DNA of 64,000 nt, taken from positions 76,212 to 140,211 of the forward strand of contig JAPSFS010000008.1 in NCBI GenBank assembly GCA_035063785.1. Direction: 5' to 3'. This DNA is from Comamonadaceae bacterium. Its GTDB lineage: Bacteria; Pseudomonadota; Gammaproteobacteria; Burkholderiales; Burkholderiaceae_C. The notes below the pieces were generated by a model. It had not been told where the DNA came from and did not search any database. It was given only the letters and a program-made list of their open reading frames with translations. Shown here one piece after another: positions 22,421 through 33,335 of this stretch (its first letter is position 1; every line of letters begins with the position of its first letter). A program made the translations under genes and the position numbers.

Positions 22421-23011
22421 ATGGAATCCACCGCCCTGCATGTCATACGCGAAGAGCACTTCTCGATCGCGGCGGTGTTGAGGTCGCTGCGGCTCATGCT
22501 CCAGCGCGGTCCCGGCGAAAACCCGCAGGAATACTTCGACGCGATGCGCGCGATGCTGTTTTACATCGACGAGGTGCCCGAGCGCCAGCACCACCCCAAG
22601 GAGTCGCTGTACTTCTTCCCCCCCGTCGCGCGGCGCGCGCCCGAACTGGCCGAAACGCTGCAACGACTCGAGCAGGACCACGCCGGCAGCGAGCAGGAAG
22701 TGCGCCATCTGCAGCACCTGCTGCTTGCTTGGGAACTCATGGGCGAGAGCCGGCGCGAAACCTTCGCGAACGCGCTCAGCAAGTACATCACGTTCTACCT
22801 GGAGCACATGCGGCTGGAAGAAACGATGATCATTCCGGCCGCCCACAAATACTGCACGCCCGAAGACTGGGCCGCAATGGACGCGGCCTTCGCGGAAAAC
22901 CGCGACCCGTTCGCGCAGGCCGAGCCCGACCCGGAGTACGAACGGCTCTTCAGCCGCATCGTGCGCAGCGCCCCGAGCCCGATCGGCCTGGGCAGCGGCC
23001 GCGCCCGGTAG
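22421..23011 (+). CDS. Hemerythrin-like domain protein
   Basis: HVIREEHFSIAAVLRSL...HHPKESLYFFP...YITFYLEHMRLEE shows His/Glu-rich four-helix hemerythrin-type spacing. Confidence 0.65.
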   Translation: MESTALHVIREEHFSIAAVLRSLRLMLQRGPGENPQEYFDAMRAMLFYIDEVPERQHHPKESLYFFPPVARRAPELAETLQRLEQDHAGSEQEVRHLQHLLLAWELMGESRRETFANALSKYITFYLEHMRLEETMIIPAAHKYCTPEDWAAMDAAFAENRDPFAQAEPDPEYERLFSRIVRSAPSPIGLGSGRAR

Positions 23012-23033
23012 CGGGTAACGCGCCCGCGGGCGC

Positions 23034-23750
23034 TCACACTCCGAGGAACTCCGGTAGCCGCGGGTCCACGAGCAGGTCCTGCGCGTCGCCCTGCAGCACC
23101 ACCTGGCCTTTTTGCAGCACGCAGGCGCGGTTGCTGCGCGAGAGCACCCGGTGCCAGTCACGGTCGACGATCAGCACCGCCATGCCGCCGTGCTTGATCT
23201 CGTCGATCACGCGCCAGATCTCGCGCACGATGAGCGGCGCGAGCCCCTCGGTCGCCTCGTCGAGGATCACGAGCTCGGGGTGCGTCATGAGCGCGCGGCC
23301 GATCGAGAGCATCTGCTGCTCGCCGCCGGACAGGCGCGCGCCCAATTGATCGATGCGCTCGGCCAGCCGAGGGAAGGTTTCAAGCACGCGTGCCAGGTTC
23401 CAGTCCGCGCGGCCATCCCGGCCCGGACGCTCGGCCATGATGAGGTTCTCGCGCACCGTGAGGTTGCCGAACACGCCGCGCCCCTCGGGCACGTAGGCCA
23501 CGCCCAGGCGCGCCACCTCGTGGGGCTTGGCCGTGGAGACGTCCCGGCCCAGCAGGCGGATGCTGCCCTCACGCTGCGCCACGTGGCCGAGCAACGACCG
23601 GATCAGCGTGCTCTTGCCCATGCCGTTGCGGCCCAGCAGGCCGACGGTTTCGCCCTGGCGTATCTCCAGATCGACCCCGTGAAGCACGTGGCTGCTGCCG
23701 TACCAGGCATGCAGCCCCTGGGCCTGCAACATCGCTTGCGGCTGCGTCAT
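23034..23750 (-). CDS. ABC transporter ATP-binding protein (LivF-like)
   Basis: Walker A GRNGMGKST, signature LSGGEQQML, Walker B LVILDEAT. Confidence 0.88.
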   Translation of the reverse strand: MTQPQAMLQAQGLHAWYGSSHVLHGVDLEIRQGETVGLLGRNGMGKSTLIRSLLGHVAQREGSIRLLGRDVSTAKPHEVARLGVAYVPEGRGVFGNLTVRENLIMAERPGRDGRADWNLARVLETFPRLAERIDQLGARLSGGEQQMLSIGRALMTHPELVILDEATEGLAPLIVREIWRVIDEIKHGGMAVLIVDRDWHRVLSRSNRACVLQKGQVVLQGDAQDLLVDPRLPEFLGV

Positions 23751-24499
23751 GCCTCATGCCCCAGATAAGCGTCGCGCACATCGGCGTTGACACGGATTTC
23801 GTCCGGCGTGCCGGTGGCGATGACCGAACCATTGACCATGACCGTGATGTGATCGGCGATGCGAAACACCGCGTCCATGTCGTGCTCCACCAGCAGGATC
23901 GCGTGATCCGCGCGCAGTTCGTCCAGCAGCGTCAGCATGCGTTCGGTCTCCTCGGCGCCCATGCCCGCGAGTGGCTCGTCGAGCAGCAGCACCTTGGGCG
24001 CCGTCGCCAGGCACATCGCGATCTCGAGCTGGCGCTTCTGGCCGTGACTGAGCAGGCCGGCATCGCGGTCGAGCACGTCTGCGAGTCCAACGCGCTCGGC
24101 CACTTCACGCGCAATGCGCTGCGTGGGACCGCGCGATTGCGCGTCGTGCCACCAGGCCCAGGGCGTCTGGTAGCGCGCCTGCGCCGAAAGCCGGCAGTTC
24201 TCCCGCACGGTGAAGCTCGGGTAGATGGTGTTGCGCTGGTAGCTGCGGCCCAGCCCCGCGCGCGCGCGCCGCTGCTGCGACCAGCCGGTCACGTCCTGCC
24301 CCAGCAGCTCCACCTGGCCGCTGCTCGGCGGGAATTCACCCGAAAGCAGATTGATCAGCGTCGATTTGCCCGCGCCGTTGGTGCCGATCACCGCATGCAC
24401 GTGGCCGCGGGCCAGCTCGATCGAAACGCCGTTGACCGCGATCAGGCCGCCCCAGCGGCGCGTGAGCGCGCGGGCGCGCAGCAGGACGTCGCCGCTCAT
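23747..24499 (-). CDS. ABC transporter ATP-binding protein (LivG-like)
   Basis: Walker A GTNGAGKST, signature LSHGQKRQLEI, Walker B LLLDEPLAG. The ATG is the complement of 24497-24499. Confidence 0.88.
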   Translation of the reverse strand: MSGDVLLRARALTRRWGGLIAVNGVSIELARGHVHAVIGTNGAGKSTLINLLSGEFPPSSGQVELLGQDVTGWSQQRRARAGLGRSYQRNTIYPSFTVRENCRLSAQARYQTPWAWWHDAQSRGPTQRIAREVAERVGLADVLDRDAGLLSHGQKRQLEIAMCLATAPKVLLLDEPLAGMGAEETERMLTLLDELRADHAILLVEHDMDAVFRIADHITVMVNGSVIATGTPDEIRVNADVRDAYLGHEA

Positions 24500-25515
24500 G
24501 GCGCATCCTCCGCCACGTCGGGCGCATGCCGGTCGCGCTGGCGCGCGGCGCGCAGCCGCCACTGGTGCGGGATACCGACGAGGCCGCGCGGCATGAACGC
24601 CACGCAGGCGATCACTACCAGCCCCAGCCCGAGATGCCAATGCTTGGCCGCCGCGCCCATCAGCGCCTCGGAGCTGAAGAATTCCTGCAGCAGCGTGAAG
24701 GCGAACGCGCCGATCAACGCCCCGCGCAGATGCCCGAGCCCGCCCAGGATGATCATCACCAGCACGCCCGCGCTCAGGTGCCAGCTCAGCAGCTCGGGGC
24801 TCACGAAGCCATCCTTGATGGCGAACAAAAAGCCCGCCCAGCCCGAGATCGCGCCCGAAATGGTGAATGCGGCAAGCTTGTATGGATAGACCGAGAACCC
24901 GGTGGCGCGCATGCGCTGCTCGTTCACGCGGATGCCCGCCAGCGCCCGACCGAACGGCGAGCGCAGCAGCAGCGCCAGAAACGCGAACACCAGCAGCAGG
25001 CTCGCCCAGATGAAGCCGTACAGATGCGCGTTGTTGCCCAGGTCCAGCGGGCCCAGCACCGGCTTGACGTAAAGGTAGATGCCGTCGGTGCCGCCGCCAA
25101 GTTCGGTATCGTGGATCACGTAGTACGCCATCTGCGCGAACGCAAGCGTCACCATGATGAAGTACACGCCCCGCGTGCGCAGCGACAGCGCCCCCACCAC
25201 CAGCGCGTACAGCGCGGCAAGCACCATCGACAGGGGCAGCGCCATGAGCAGCGAAGGCACGGCGTTGTCCTCGGGCGCGAGCAGCACCGCGGCATAGGCG
25301 CCTATGCCGAAGAACGCCGCCTGGCCAAAGCAGATCAGCCCCGTGCTGCCCACGAGCAGTTCCAGCGCCACCGCGAGGATGGCGTAGATCATGATCTTGG
25401 CGACGAAGTCCGCGCCGTAGTCGCCCGCCACCAGTGGCCAGAGCGCCAGCAGCGCGAACGCCACGGCCACGAACACATGCTTGCCGCCGATCGCGGTCGA
25501 ACGCTGGCCACTCAT
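24496..25515 (-). CDS. ABC transporter permease (LivM-like)
   Basis: 339-aa polytopic protein with 4-nt overlaps to both neighbours. Confidence 0.85.
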   Translation of the reverse strand: MSGQRSTAIGGKHVFVAVAFALLALWPLVAGDYGADFVAKIMIYAILAVALELLVGSTGLICFGQAAFFGIGAYAAVLLAPEDNAVPSLLMALPLSMVLAALYALVVGALSLRTRGVYFIMVTLAFAQMAYYVIHDTELGGGTDGIYLYVKPVLGPLDLGNNAHLYGFIWASLLLVFAFLALLLRSPFGRALAGIRVNEQRMRATGFSVYPYKLAAFTISGAISGWAGFLFAIKDGFVSPELLSWHLSAGVLVMIILGGLGHLRGALIGAFAFTLLQEFFSSEALMGAAAKHWHLGLGLVVIACVAFMPRGLVGIPHQWRLRAARQRDRHAPDVAEDAP

Positions 25516-26378
25516 GGCTTGAACAGTCCGTCAGGACGCCACAACAGCACGGCGGCCATCAACACGTAGACCAGCACGCCGGCGGCCTGCGGCAGCAGCA
25601 CCTTGCCGAAGGTATCGACGAAGCCGATCAGCAACGCCGCCACCAGCGCGCCGCGGATCGAACCGATGCCACCGATCACCACCACGACGAAGCAGATGAT
25701 GAGCACCGACTCGCCCATGCCCGGATAGACGCTCGATACCGGCGCCGCGATCATCCCGGCGAAGGCCGCCAGCGCCACGCCCACCGCAAAGACGATGCGG
25801 TACAGCAGCGAAATGTCTATGCCCAGGCTCTGCACCATCTCGCGGTTGGCCGTGCCCGCGCGAATGCGCATTCCCAGGCGCGTGCGGCTGAACACCCACC
25901 ACATCCCGAGCGCGAGCAACACGCAGCACGCGCTGATGAACAGGCGGTAGACCGGGTAGGTCATGACCTCGCCCAGCGCTATCGAGCCGTCGAGCCCGGG
26001 CGGCGCCTGCACGCCATGCACGTCGTTGTCCACGAACAGGCTGCGCAGCTCCTCGAACACAAGGATCAGGCCGTAGGTCATCAAGACCTGCTGCAGGTGG
26101 TCACGCTGGTACAGGAAGCTGAAAAACGCCCATTCGAGCACGTAGCCCAGCAAGACCGAGAGCACCACGCCCACCGCCAGGGTGACGAAGAAGCCTCCGC
26201 CGACGAGCGGCGCGATGGCGTACGCCATGTACGCGCCGATCATGTAGAAGCTGCCGTGCGCGAGGTTGATCACCCCCATGATGCCGAAGATCAGCGTCAG
26301 GCCCGAGGCGACGAGAAACAGCAGCAGCCCGTACTGCAGGGAGTTCAGGCACTGGATGAGGAAGGTCGAGAGATCCAT
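25512..26378 (-). CDS. ABC transporter permease (LivH-like)
   Basis: MDLSTFLIQCLNSLQYGLLLFLVASGLTLIFGIMGVINLAHGSFYM is a typical LivH N-terminus. Confidence 0.85.
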   Translation of the reverse strand: MDLSTFLIQCLNSLQYGLLLFLVASGLTLIFGIMGVINLAHGSFYMIGAYMAYAIAPLVGGGFFVTLAVGVVLSVLLGYVLEWAFFSFLYQRDHLQQVLMTYGLILVFEELRSLFVDNDVHGVQAPPGLDGSIALGEVMTYPVYRLFISACCVLLALGMWWVFSRTRLGMRIRAGTANREMVQSLGIDISLLYRIVFAVGVALAAFAGMIAAPVSSVYPGMGESVLIICFVVVVIGGIGSIRGALVAALLIGFVDTFGKVLLPQAAGVLVYVLMAAVLLWRPDGLFKP

Positions 26379-26440
26379 GCGGGTGCTGGGGTGGCAGAAA
26401 ACGCCGGGCAACGCTCAGGCCGCCCGGTGTGAAGGCGCAA

Positions 26441-27610
26441 CTACATGCGGCAGCCGGTGGCGGGATCGGCCAGCGCCTTGGAGGCAACGCTCTGGTAGAC
26501 GTTCTCCTTGCCGACGACCTTGCGCAGGTAGATGTCCTGCACCGGGTTGTGCGCCTTGGAGAGCGTGAACGCGCCACGCGGGCTGTCGATCTTCGCCTTG
26601 GTCACCGCATCGGAAAACGCCTTGGCGTTCTTCGCGTCGCCCTTGGTGGCGTTCAGGCCGGTCGCCAGGATCTGCGCGGCGTCGTAGCCCTGCACCGCGT
26701 ACACGTCGGGCTGCAGCTTGTAGGCCTTGGCATACGCCAGACGGAACTCCTTGTCGCGCGCGATCGGCAACTCGTCGGCGTAGTGCAGCGCCGTGAGCAT
26801 GCCCTCGGCCGCCGCGCCCTGCGCTTCCAGCGTGCCGTCGGTGATGAAACCCGCGCCCACGAGCGGAATCGCGTCCTTCAGGCCTGCGGCGGCGTAATCC
26901 TTCACGAACTTCACCGCCCCACCGCCAGCAAAGAAGGTGTAGACCACATCGGGCTTGAGCGCCGCGATCTCGGTAAGCAGGGCTTGGAATTCCACGTTGG
27001 GGAAGGGCACCGTGAGGTCCTTGAGGACCTTGCCGCCGCCCTTGCTGAAGCCGTCCTTGAAGCCCTTGACCGACTCGGCGCCGGCCGCGTACTTCCAGGT
27101 GATCGTGACTGCGTTCTTGTGGCCCTGCCTGGCCGCCACTTCGCCCATGGCGTAACCCGGCTGCCAGTTGGAAAAGCTTGAGCGGAAGATATTGGGCGCG
27201 CACATCGGGCCGGTGACCGCGTCGGCACCGGCGTTCGGGATGATGAGCAGCGTGCCCGATTCCTTCGCCGCCTTGGCCATGGCCATGGCGACGCCGCTGT
27301 GCACCGTGCCAATGATCACATCGACGTTGTCGCGCTTGATGAGTTTGTTGACGTTGTCCGTGGCCTTGGACGGATCACTCTCGTCGTCGACGCGCACGTA
27401 TTCCACCGAGCGGCCGCCTACTTTGCCGCCGAGCTGATCGACGTAAAGGCGAAAGCCGTTGTCGATCGCGGTGCCCAGCGCTGCGTACGTGCCCGTGGCC
27501 GGCAGCATGAAACCCACCTTGAGGGCGCCGGACTGCGCACGCGCCAGCGGCGCAACGCCCGTGAGGGCGAGCGCACCGGCGCTCAGCAGGAAATCCTTGC
27601 GGTTCATCAT
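26441..27610 (-). CDS. Periplasmic substrate-binding protein (LivK/type I PBP family), probable aromatic-acid binding
   Basis: It has a signal peptide (MMNRKDFLLSAGALALTGVAPLARAQS) and a GFMLPATGTYAALG motif. The substrate is inferred only from linkage to box genes. Confidence 0.8.
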   Translation of the reverse strand: MMNRKDFLLSAGALALTGVAPLARAQSGALKVGFMLPATGTYAALGTAIDNGFRLYVDQLGGKVGGRSVEYVRVDDESDPSKATDNVNKLIKRDNVDVIIGTVHSGVAMAMAKAAKESGTLLIIPNAGADAVTGPMCAPNIFRSSFSNWQPGYAMGEVAARQGHKNAVTITWKYAAGAESVKGFKDGFSKGGGKVLKDLTVPFPNVEFQALLTEIAALKPDVVYTFFAGGGAVKFVKDYAAAGLKDAIPLVGAGFITDGTLEAQGAAAEGMLTALHYADELPIARDKEFRLAYAKAYKLQPDVYAVQGYDAAQILATGLNATKGDAKNAKAFSDAVTKAKIDSPRGAFTLSKAHNPVQDIYLRKVVGKENVYQSVASKALADPATGCRM

Positions 27611-27638
27611 CGTTGTCTCCTTTTCTTTCTGTTGAGAG

Positions 27639-28447
27639 TCAGGGGTTGCGGGAAAGGGAATGTTCGCCCAGAAAGGCGCAGCAGGCGTCGATCACCGCCC
27701 GCGGCTGATCACGGTGCGGCGAATGCCCGCAATCGGCGATCTCCACGACGCGCGCTTGCGGCAGCCGCTGCGCAATACCGTGCACATGGGCCAATGTACC
27801 GTACTCATCCTGCAAACCCTGCAGGGCCAGTACCGGGCAAGTGATGGCTCGTATTTCGTCCTCGATGTTCCAGCGGCGAAAGTCCTGGGAGAGCCAGACG
27901 TCGTTCCAGCCCCAGAAGGCCGAATCGACGTCGTCGTGGTAGCGCGCCAGGCGCTCGCGTAGGCCGCCGTGCAGGTAGGCCTCCCGCGCCTTGGCGATGC
28001 TGTCCACCGAGAGCTGTTCGACCATGGTGTGCGGTGCGAGCACGACCGCGCCCGCCACCGGGTGTCGGCAGGCGTAGAGCAGCGCAATCGACGCGCCGTC
28101 GCTGTGGCCGAACAGCCAGGGGGTTGCCTCGTGCACGCTCAGCGCCGCCAGCAACGCGGGCAGCACCTCGTCGGCCTGGCGGTGCATGAAATCGTTGCCC
28201 CAGTGCTCATCGGCCGCGCGAGGTGTCGAGCGCCCGTAGCCGGGGCGCGAATACACGAGCCCGCGCACGCCCAGCGCCTCGCACAGTTGCGCCGGGAAGT
28301 CTTTCCACATCGCGATCGAGCCCAGGCCCTCGTGCAGGAAGACCATGAGCGGCGCACCGCGGCGCTCGGCGGCAATCCAAGCGTACTCGATCGCGACACG
28401 CTTGCCGCGCCAGTCGATCTGGAGGATCTGCGTCTCGCGGGGTGCGT

Positions 28448-28451
<4 letters not shown>
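27639..28451 (-). CDS. Alpha/beta-fold hydrolase
   Basis: It has a GHSDGASI nucleophile elbow (G-x-S-x-G variant) and a C-terminal CGHSPH. Its start overlaps the ligase stop (ATGA). Confidence 0.75.
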
Positions 28452-30046
<1,595 letters not shown>

Positions 30047-30073
30047 GTCTTACTCCTGGATGGTTGCCGTGGG

Positions 30074-31627
30074 TCAAAGTGCGGACAGCACTTCGGGCGC
30101 GCCCTGGATGGCCACGCGGCGATGGTAAAAATCGAGCGCCCGCACGCCGCCGAGCTCGGCGCCGCCACCGGCGCGCCCCGGACCGCCATGCAGCGACTGC
30201 GGCATCACGTTGCCGTGGCCGGTCTGCGTCGCGGCGCACGCGGGGCTCACTACGTGCACGCGCCCGTGCAGCGGCGCAAGTTGCAGCGCCGCGCTCGCGA
30301 GTTGCGCCGCGTCGTCGCCATAGAGGGAGGCCACGAGCGAGCCCTGACCACGCGCCACCTGCGTCACGGCCTGGTCCACGCTGGCGTAAGGCAGCAGCGT
30401 CGCAACCGGGCCGAACACCTCGACCTCATGCACCACGTGGTTCGCCAGCACGGCATCGGGCGTGGCCAGGCCCAGCAGCGTGGGCGCGACACAGCAGCTC
30501 GCCGCGGGGTCGGCATCGATCAGCGTGGTCTGGCTGCCGTCGTGCAGCACGTCGGCGGCGGCGCGCAGCGCCTGCAGGCCTTCACGCACGCTCGCCAGTT
30601 GCGCACGGCTCACGAGCGAGCCCATGCGCACCGCTTCGTTGCGCGGGTTGCCCACCGTGGTGCACGCCAGGCGAGCACCCACGGCCTGCGCGGCGGCCTC
30701 GTAGTGCGCGGCCGGAACGAAGGCGCGGCGGATCGCGGTGCACTTCTGCCCGGCCTTCTGCGTCATCTCGCGGGCGAGTTCCTTGACGAACAGATCGAAC
30801 GCCGGCGTACCGGGAGCGGCGTCGGGCATGAGCACCGCGCTGTTGATGCTGTCGGCCTCGATGTTCACGCGCACCGAATGGCGCGTGGCCGCCGGATGCG
30901 CGCGCAGGATGGCCGCCGTATCGGCCGACCCGGTGAACGAGAGCACGTCGAGCGGTTCGAGCGCATCGAGCAGCCCGGCCGAGCCGCCACAGACGACCGA
31001 CAGCGCGCCCGCCGGCAGCACGCCGGCATCGACCACGTCCTTGACCATGCGCTGCGTGAGCCACGCCGTGGCCGTGGCGGGCTTGACGACCACCGGCACG
31101 CCCGAGAGCAGCGCGGGCGCCGCCTTTTCCCACAGCCCCCACGACGGGAAGTTGAAGGCATTGATGAACAGCGCCAGCCCCTGCACCGGCACCTGGATGT
31201 GGCGCGTGGCGAACGTCCCGTCCTTGGCGAGCGACTGCGCGTCACCGTCGGGCAGGAAGTGGTCGTCGGGCAGGCTTGCGGCGAGCCTGGCGTAGCTGCT
31301 TACGGTGTAGATCGCGCCGTCCACGTCGATGCCGGTATCGGCCTTGGTCGTGCCGGAGTTGGCGGTGGAGATCTCGTAATAGGCGTCGCGGTGGGACTGC
31401 AGCACCTTCACCACGCTCGCGAGCAACTCGCCGCGCTGACGGTAGGTGAGCGCGCGCAGCGCGCGTCCGCCCTGCTCGCGCGCAAAGGCGAAACCCGCGC
31501 GCAGGTCGAGGCCGGTCGCGTCCACGCGCACGAGGTCGGTGCCAAGCACCGGATCGCGCAGCACCGTGCCGCTGCCGGTGCCCGCCTGCCAGCGGCCACC
31601 GAGGTAATTCGACAAAAGCTCAGTCAT
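30074..31627 (-). CDS. boxD: 3,4-dehydroadipyl-CoA semialdehyde dehydrogenase (NADP+)
   Basis: 517-aa aldehyde dehydrogenase related to the PaaZ N-domain (MTELLSNYLGGRWQAG..., GQKCTAIRR catalytic Cys). It lies in a box cluster. Confidence 0.82.
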   Translation of the reverse strand: MTELLSNYLGGRWQAGTGSGTVLRDPVLGTDLVRVDATGLDLRAGFAFAREQGGRALRALTYRQRGELLASVVKVLQSHRDAYYEISTANSGTTKADTGIDVDGAIYTVSSYARLAASLPDDHFLPDGDAQSLAKDGTFATRHIQVPVQGLALFINAFNFPSWGLWEKAAPALLSGVPVVVKPATATAWLTQRMVKDVVDAGVLPAGALSVVCGGSAGLLDALEPLDVLSFTGSADTAAILRAHPAATRHSVRVNIEADSINSAVLMPDAAPGTPAFDLFVKELAREMTQKAGQKCTAIRRAFVPAAHYEAAAQAVGARLACTTVGNPRNEAVRMGSLVSRAQLASVREGLQALRAAADVLHDGSQTTLIDADPAASCCVAPTLLGLATPDAVLANHVVHEVEVFGPVATLLPYASVDQAVTQVARGQGSLVASLYGDDAAQLASAALQLAPLHGRVHVVSPACAATQTGHGNVMPQSLHGGPGRAGGGAELGGVRALDFYHRRVAIQGAPEVLSAL

Positions 31628-31642
31628 CGGTCGGTACGTCCG

Positions 31643-32104
31643 TCAAAGAAACTTGATTTCGCCGGCGGGCAGCAGGTAGAGCACGAGTGCGCGCCCGCCC
31701 TTGACCGTCGGCGCATGCTGGCTGCCCGGGCCATAGACCACCCAGCCGGCGCCGTGGCCGTCGAACTTCGCGTCGCCCGTCAGCGGCATCACCATGTCGA
31801 TCTCGCCGTTGGGGTGCACGTGCTGCGGGCCCACGATGGAGTCCATGTCCACCACGTCCACGGAGTAGCCCTGCAGGTCGTCGGCCGGCTTGAAGATGCG
31901 GCCGTAACGGATGCCGCCGCCTTCGCGGTTGCACAGCCAGCCGTCACGCACGCCAGCCTCGCACGTTGCCTGCAACTGGCGAAACGTGTCGGATGCGGGC
32001 CCGTGCTCGGTATTGAGCCAGTCGGCGAGCGAGCGGTCGAGCGGCCTGCCGGCCATCTGGCTCGTGAGCGCCGCCACCTGGCTGCGAAGTTGTTCTGCGG
32101 TCAT
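31643..32104 (-). CDS. DUF4863-like protein of unknown function
   Basis: 153 aa with a cupin-like His cluster (GPQHVHPNGEIDMVMP). It lies between boxD and boxR. Confidence 0.55.
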   Translation of the reverse strand: MTAEQLRSQVAALTSQMAGRPLDRSLADWLNTEHGPASDTFRQLQATCEAGVRDGWLCNREGGGIRYGRIFKPADDLQGYSVDVVDMDSIVGPQHVHPNGEIDMVMPLTGDAKFDGHGAGWVVYGPGSQHAPTVKGGRALVLYLLPAGEIKFL

Positions 32105-32232
32105 ACGCTGAGTCCCACGAAGGAGTGTTCTTTTCGGAAAGTGGCCTTGTGCAAAAACTTGCAGTCCAAGGGCCGATGCATTATTGTGCGTACGTCATCT
32201 TAACCGCCTACCGCGACGTGTCAAGCAATATA

Positions 32233-33210
32233 ATGCCTATTTCCGGGTTATCCCTAAGCCCTACAGGTGAAAACCCGGCCCCGTCGAACGGCAAACGAGC
32301 GTCCGCCGCGACCCGCTTCGCCAAGGAGGGCGACGTCTTCCTTGCGCAGCTGGGCGAGCGCGTGCGCACGCTGCGCTCGCGCCGCGGGCTCACGCGCAAG
32401 GCCGTGGCGCAGCTTGCGGGCGTGAGCGAGCGGCACCTGGCCAACCTGGAATACGGACAGGGGAACGCCTCCATCCTCATCCTGCTGCTGATATCCCGTG
32501 CCTTGCAGTGCACGATGGCCGAACTGCTGGGCGACGTGACCACCACGAGCCCCGAATGGCTGCTGATCCGTGAAATGCTCACCGGGCGCGATGAAAAGAC
32601 GCTGCGGCGCGCGCGCGTTGCCGTCGGCGAGCTGCTGGGCACCGGCGGCGCGCAGGGCGAGGGGTCGCACCCGCGCAGCCAGTTGGTGGCGCTGATCGGC
32701 CTGCGCGGCGCGGGCAAGAGCACGCTGGGAGCGCTGCTGGCGCACGATCTCGGGTTCCCGATGATCGAGCTCAGCCGCGAGATCGAGAAATTTGCCGGCT
32801 GCAGCGTCGGCGAAATCCAGGGGCTGTACGGCCAGGCGGCGTACCGGCGCTACGAGCGGCGCGCACTTGAAGAAGCAATACAGATCTACCCCGAGGCGGT
32901 GATCGCCACGCCCGGGGGCATCGTCTCCGACCCGGCCACATTCAATTTGCTGCTTGCGCACTGCACCACGGTGTGGCTCAAGGCGCAGCCGGAAGACCAC
33001 ATGCGCCGTGTCGCCGCGCAGGGCGATCTGCGGCCCATGGACGCGAGCCACGAGGCCATGAACGACCTGCGCTCCATCCTCGCCGGACGCGCGGCGTTCT
33101 ACGCCAAGGCGGAATGGCAACTCGACACCAGCGCGCAATCCGAGGAGGCCACCTTCGTGCTGCTGCGCGACAAGGTTCGCGACCTGCTCGGCCTCACGCA
33201 GGCGCAATGA
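32233..33210 (+). CDS. boxR: BoxR/BzdR-type regulator (XRE HTH + shikimate-kinase-like domain)
   Basis: HTH: RSRRGLTRKAVAQLAGVSERHLANLEYGQGN. The kinase-like P-loop is IGLRGAGKSTLG. Start is uncertain: the ATG at 32233 lacks a clear RBS and the track ORF begins at GTG 32125. Confidence 0.78.
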   Translation: MPISGLSLSPTGENPAPSNGKRASAATRFAKEGDVFLAQLGERVRTLRSRRGLTRKAVAQLAGVSERHLANLEYGQGNASILILLLISRALQCTMAELLGDVTTTSPEWLLIREMLTGRDEKTLRRARVAVGELLGTGGAQGEGSHPRSQLVALIGLRGAGKSTLGALLAHDLGFPMIELSREIEKFAGCSVGEIQGLYGQAAYRRYERRALEEAIQIYPEAVIATPGGIVSDPATFNLLLAHCTTVWLKAQPEDHMRRVAAQGDLRPMDASHEAMNDLRSILAGRAAFYAKAEWQLDTSAQSEEATFVLLRDKVRDLLGLTQAQ

Positions 33211-33225
33211 TGCATTCGAATGCAT
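33210..33225. promoter_or_regulatory. Perfect 16-bp palindrome ATGCATTCGAATGCAT, candidate BoxR operator
   Basis: Seen directly; it overlaps the boxR stop codon. Further TGCA motifs occur at 33251 and 33291 around a putative promoter. BzdR/BoxR-type regulators are known to bind TGCA-containing repeats. Confidence 0.5.
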
Positions 33226-33258
33226 CTTTACATCCGAACACGCATTAGATTGCATATT

Positions 33259-33288
33259 TTGCTTGACAACCGGCGAATCACGCATAAT
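33259..33288 (+). promoter_or_regulatory. Putative sigma70 promoter of boxCBA
   Basis: TTGCTT/TTGACA (33259-33268) is a -35 candidate and CATAAT (33283-33288) a -10 candidate. The spacing is ambiguous (14-18 nt). Confidence 0.35.
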
Positions 33289-33335
33289 AATGCACGTCAT
33301 CGCCTTCGTTGAACCTTCATTTCCTGGAGCACGCC

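Noticed and set aside
32229-32234. TATAAT hexamer as the boxR promoter -10
   Set aside because: It overlaps the proposed boxR ATG (32233), so it cannot serve that start. It would matter only if boxR starts further downstream, for which I see no support.
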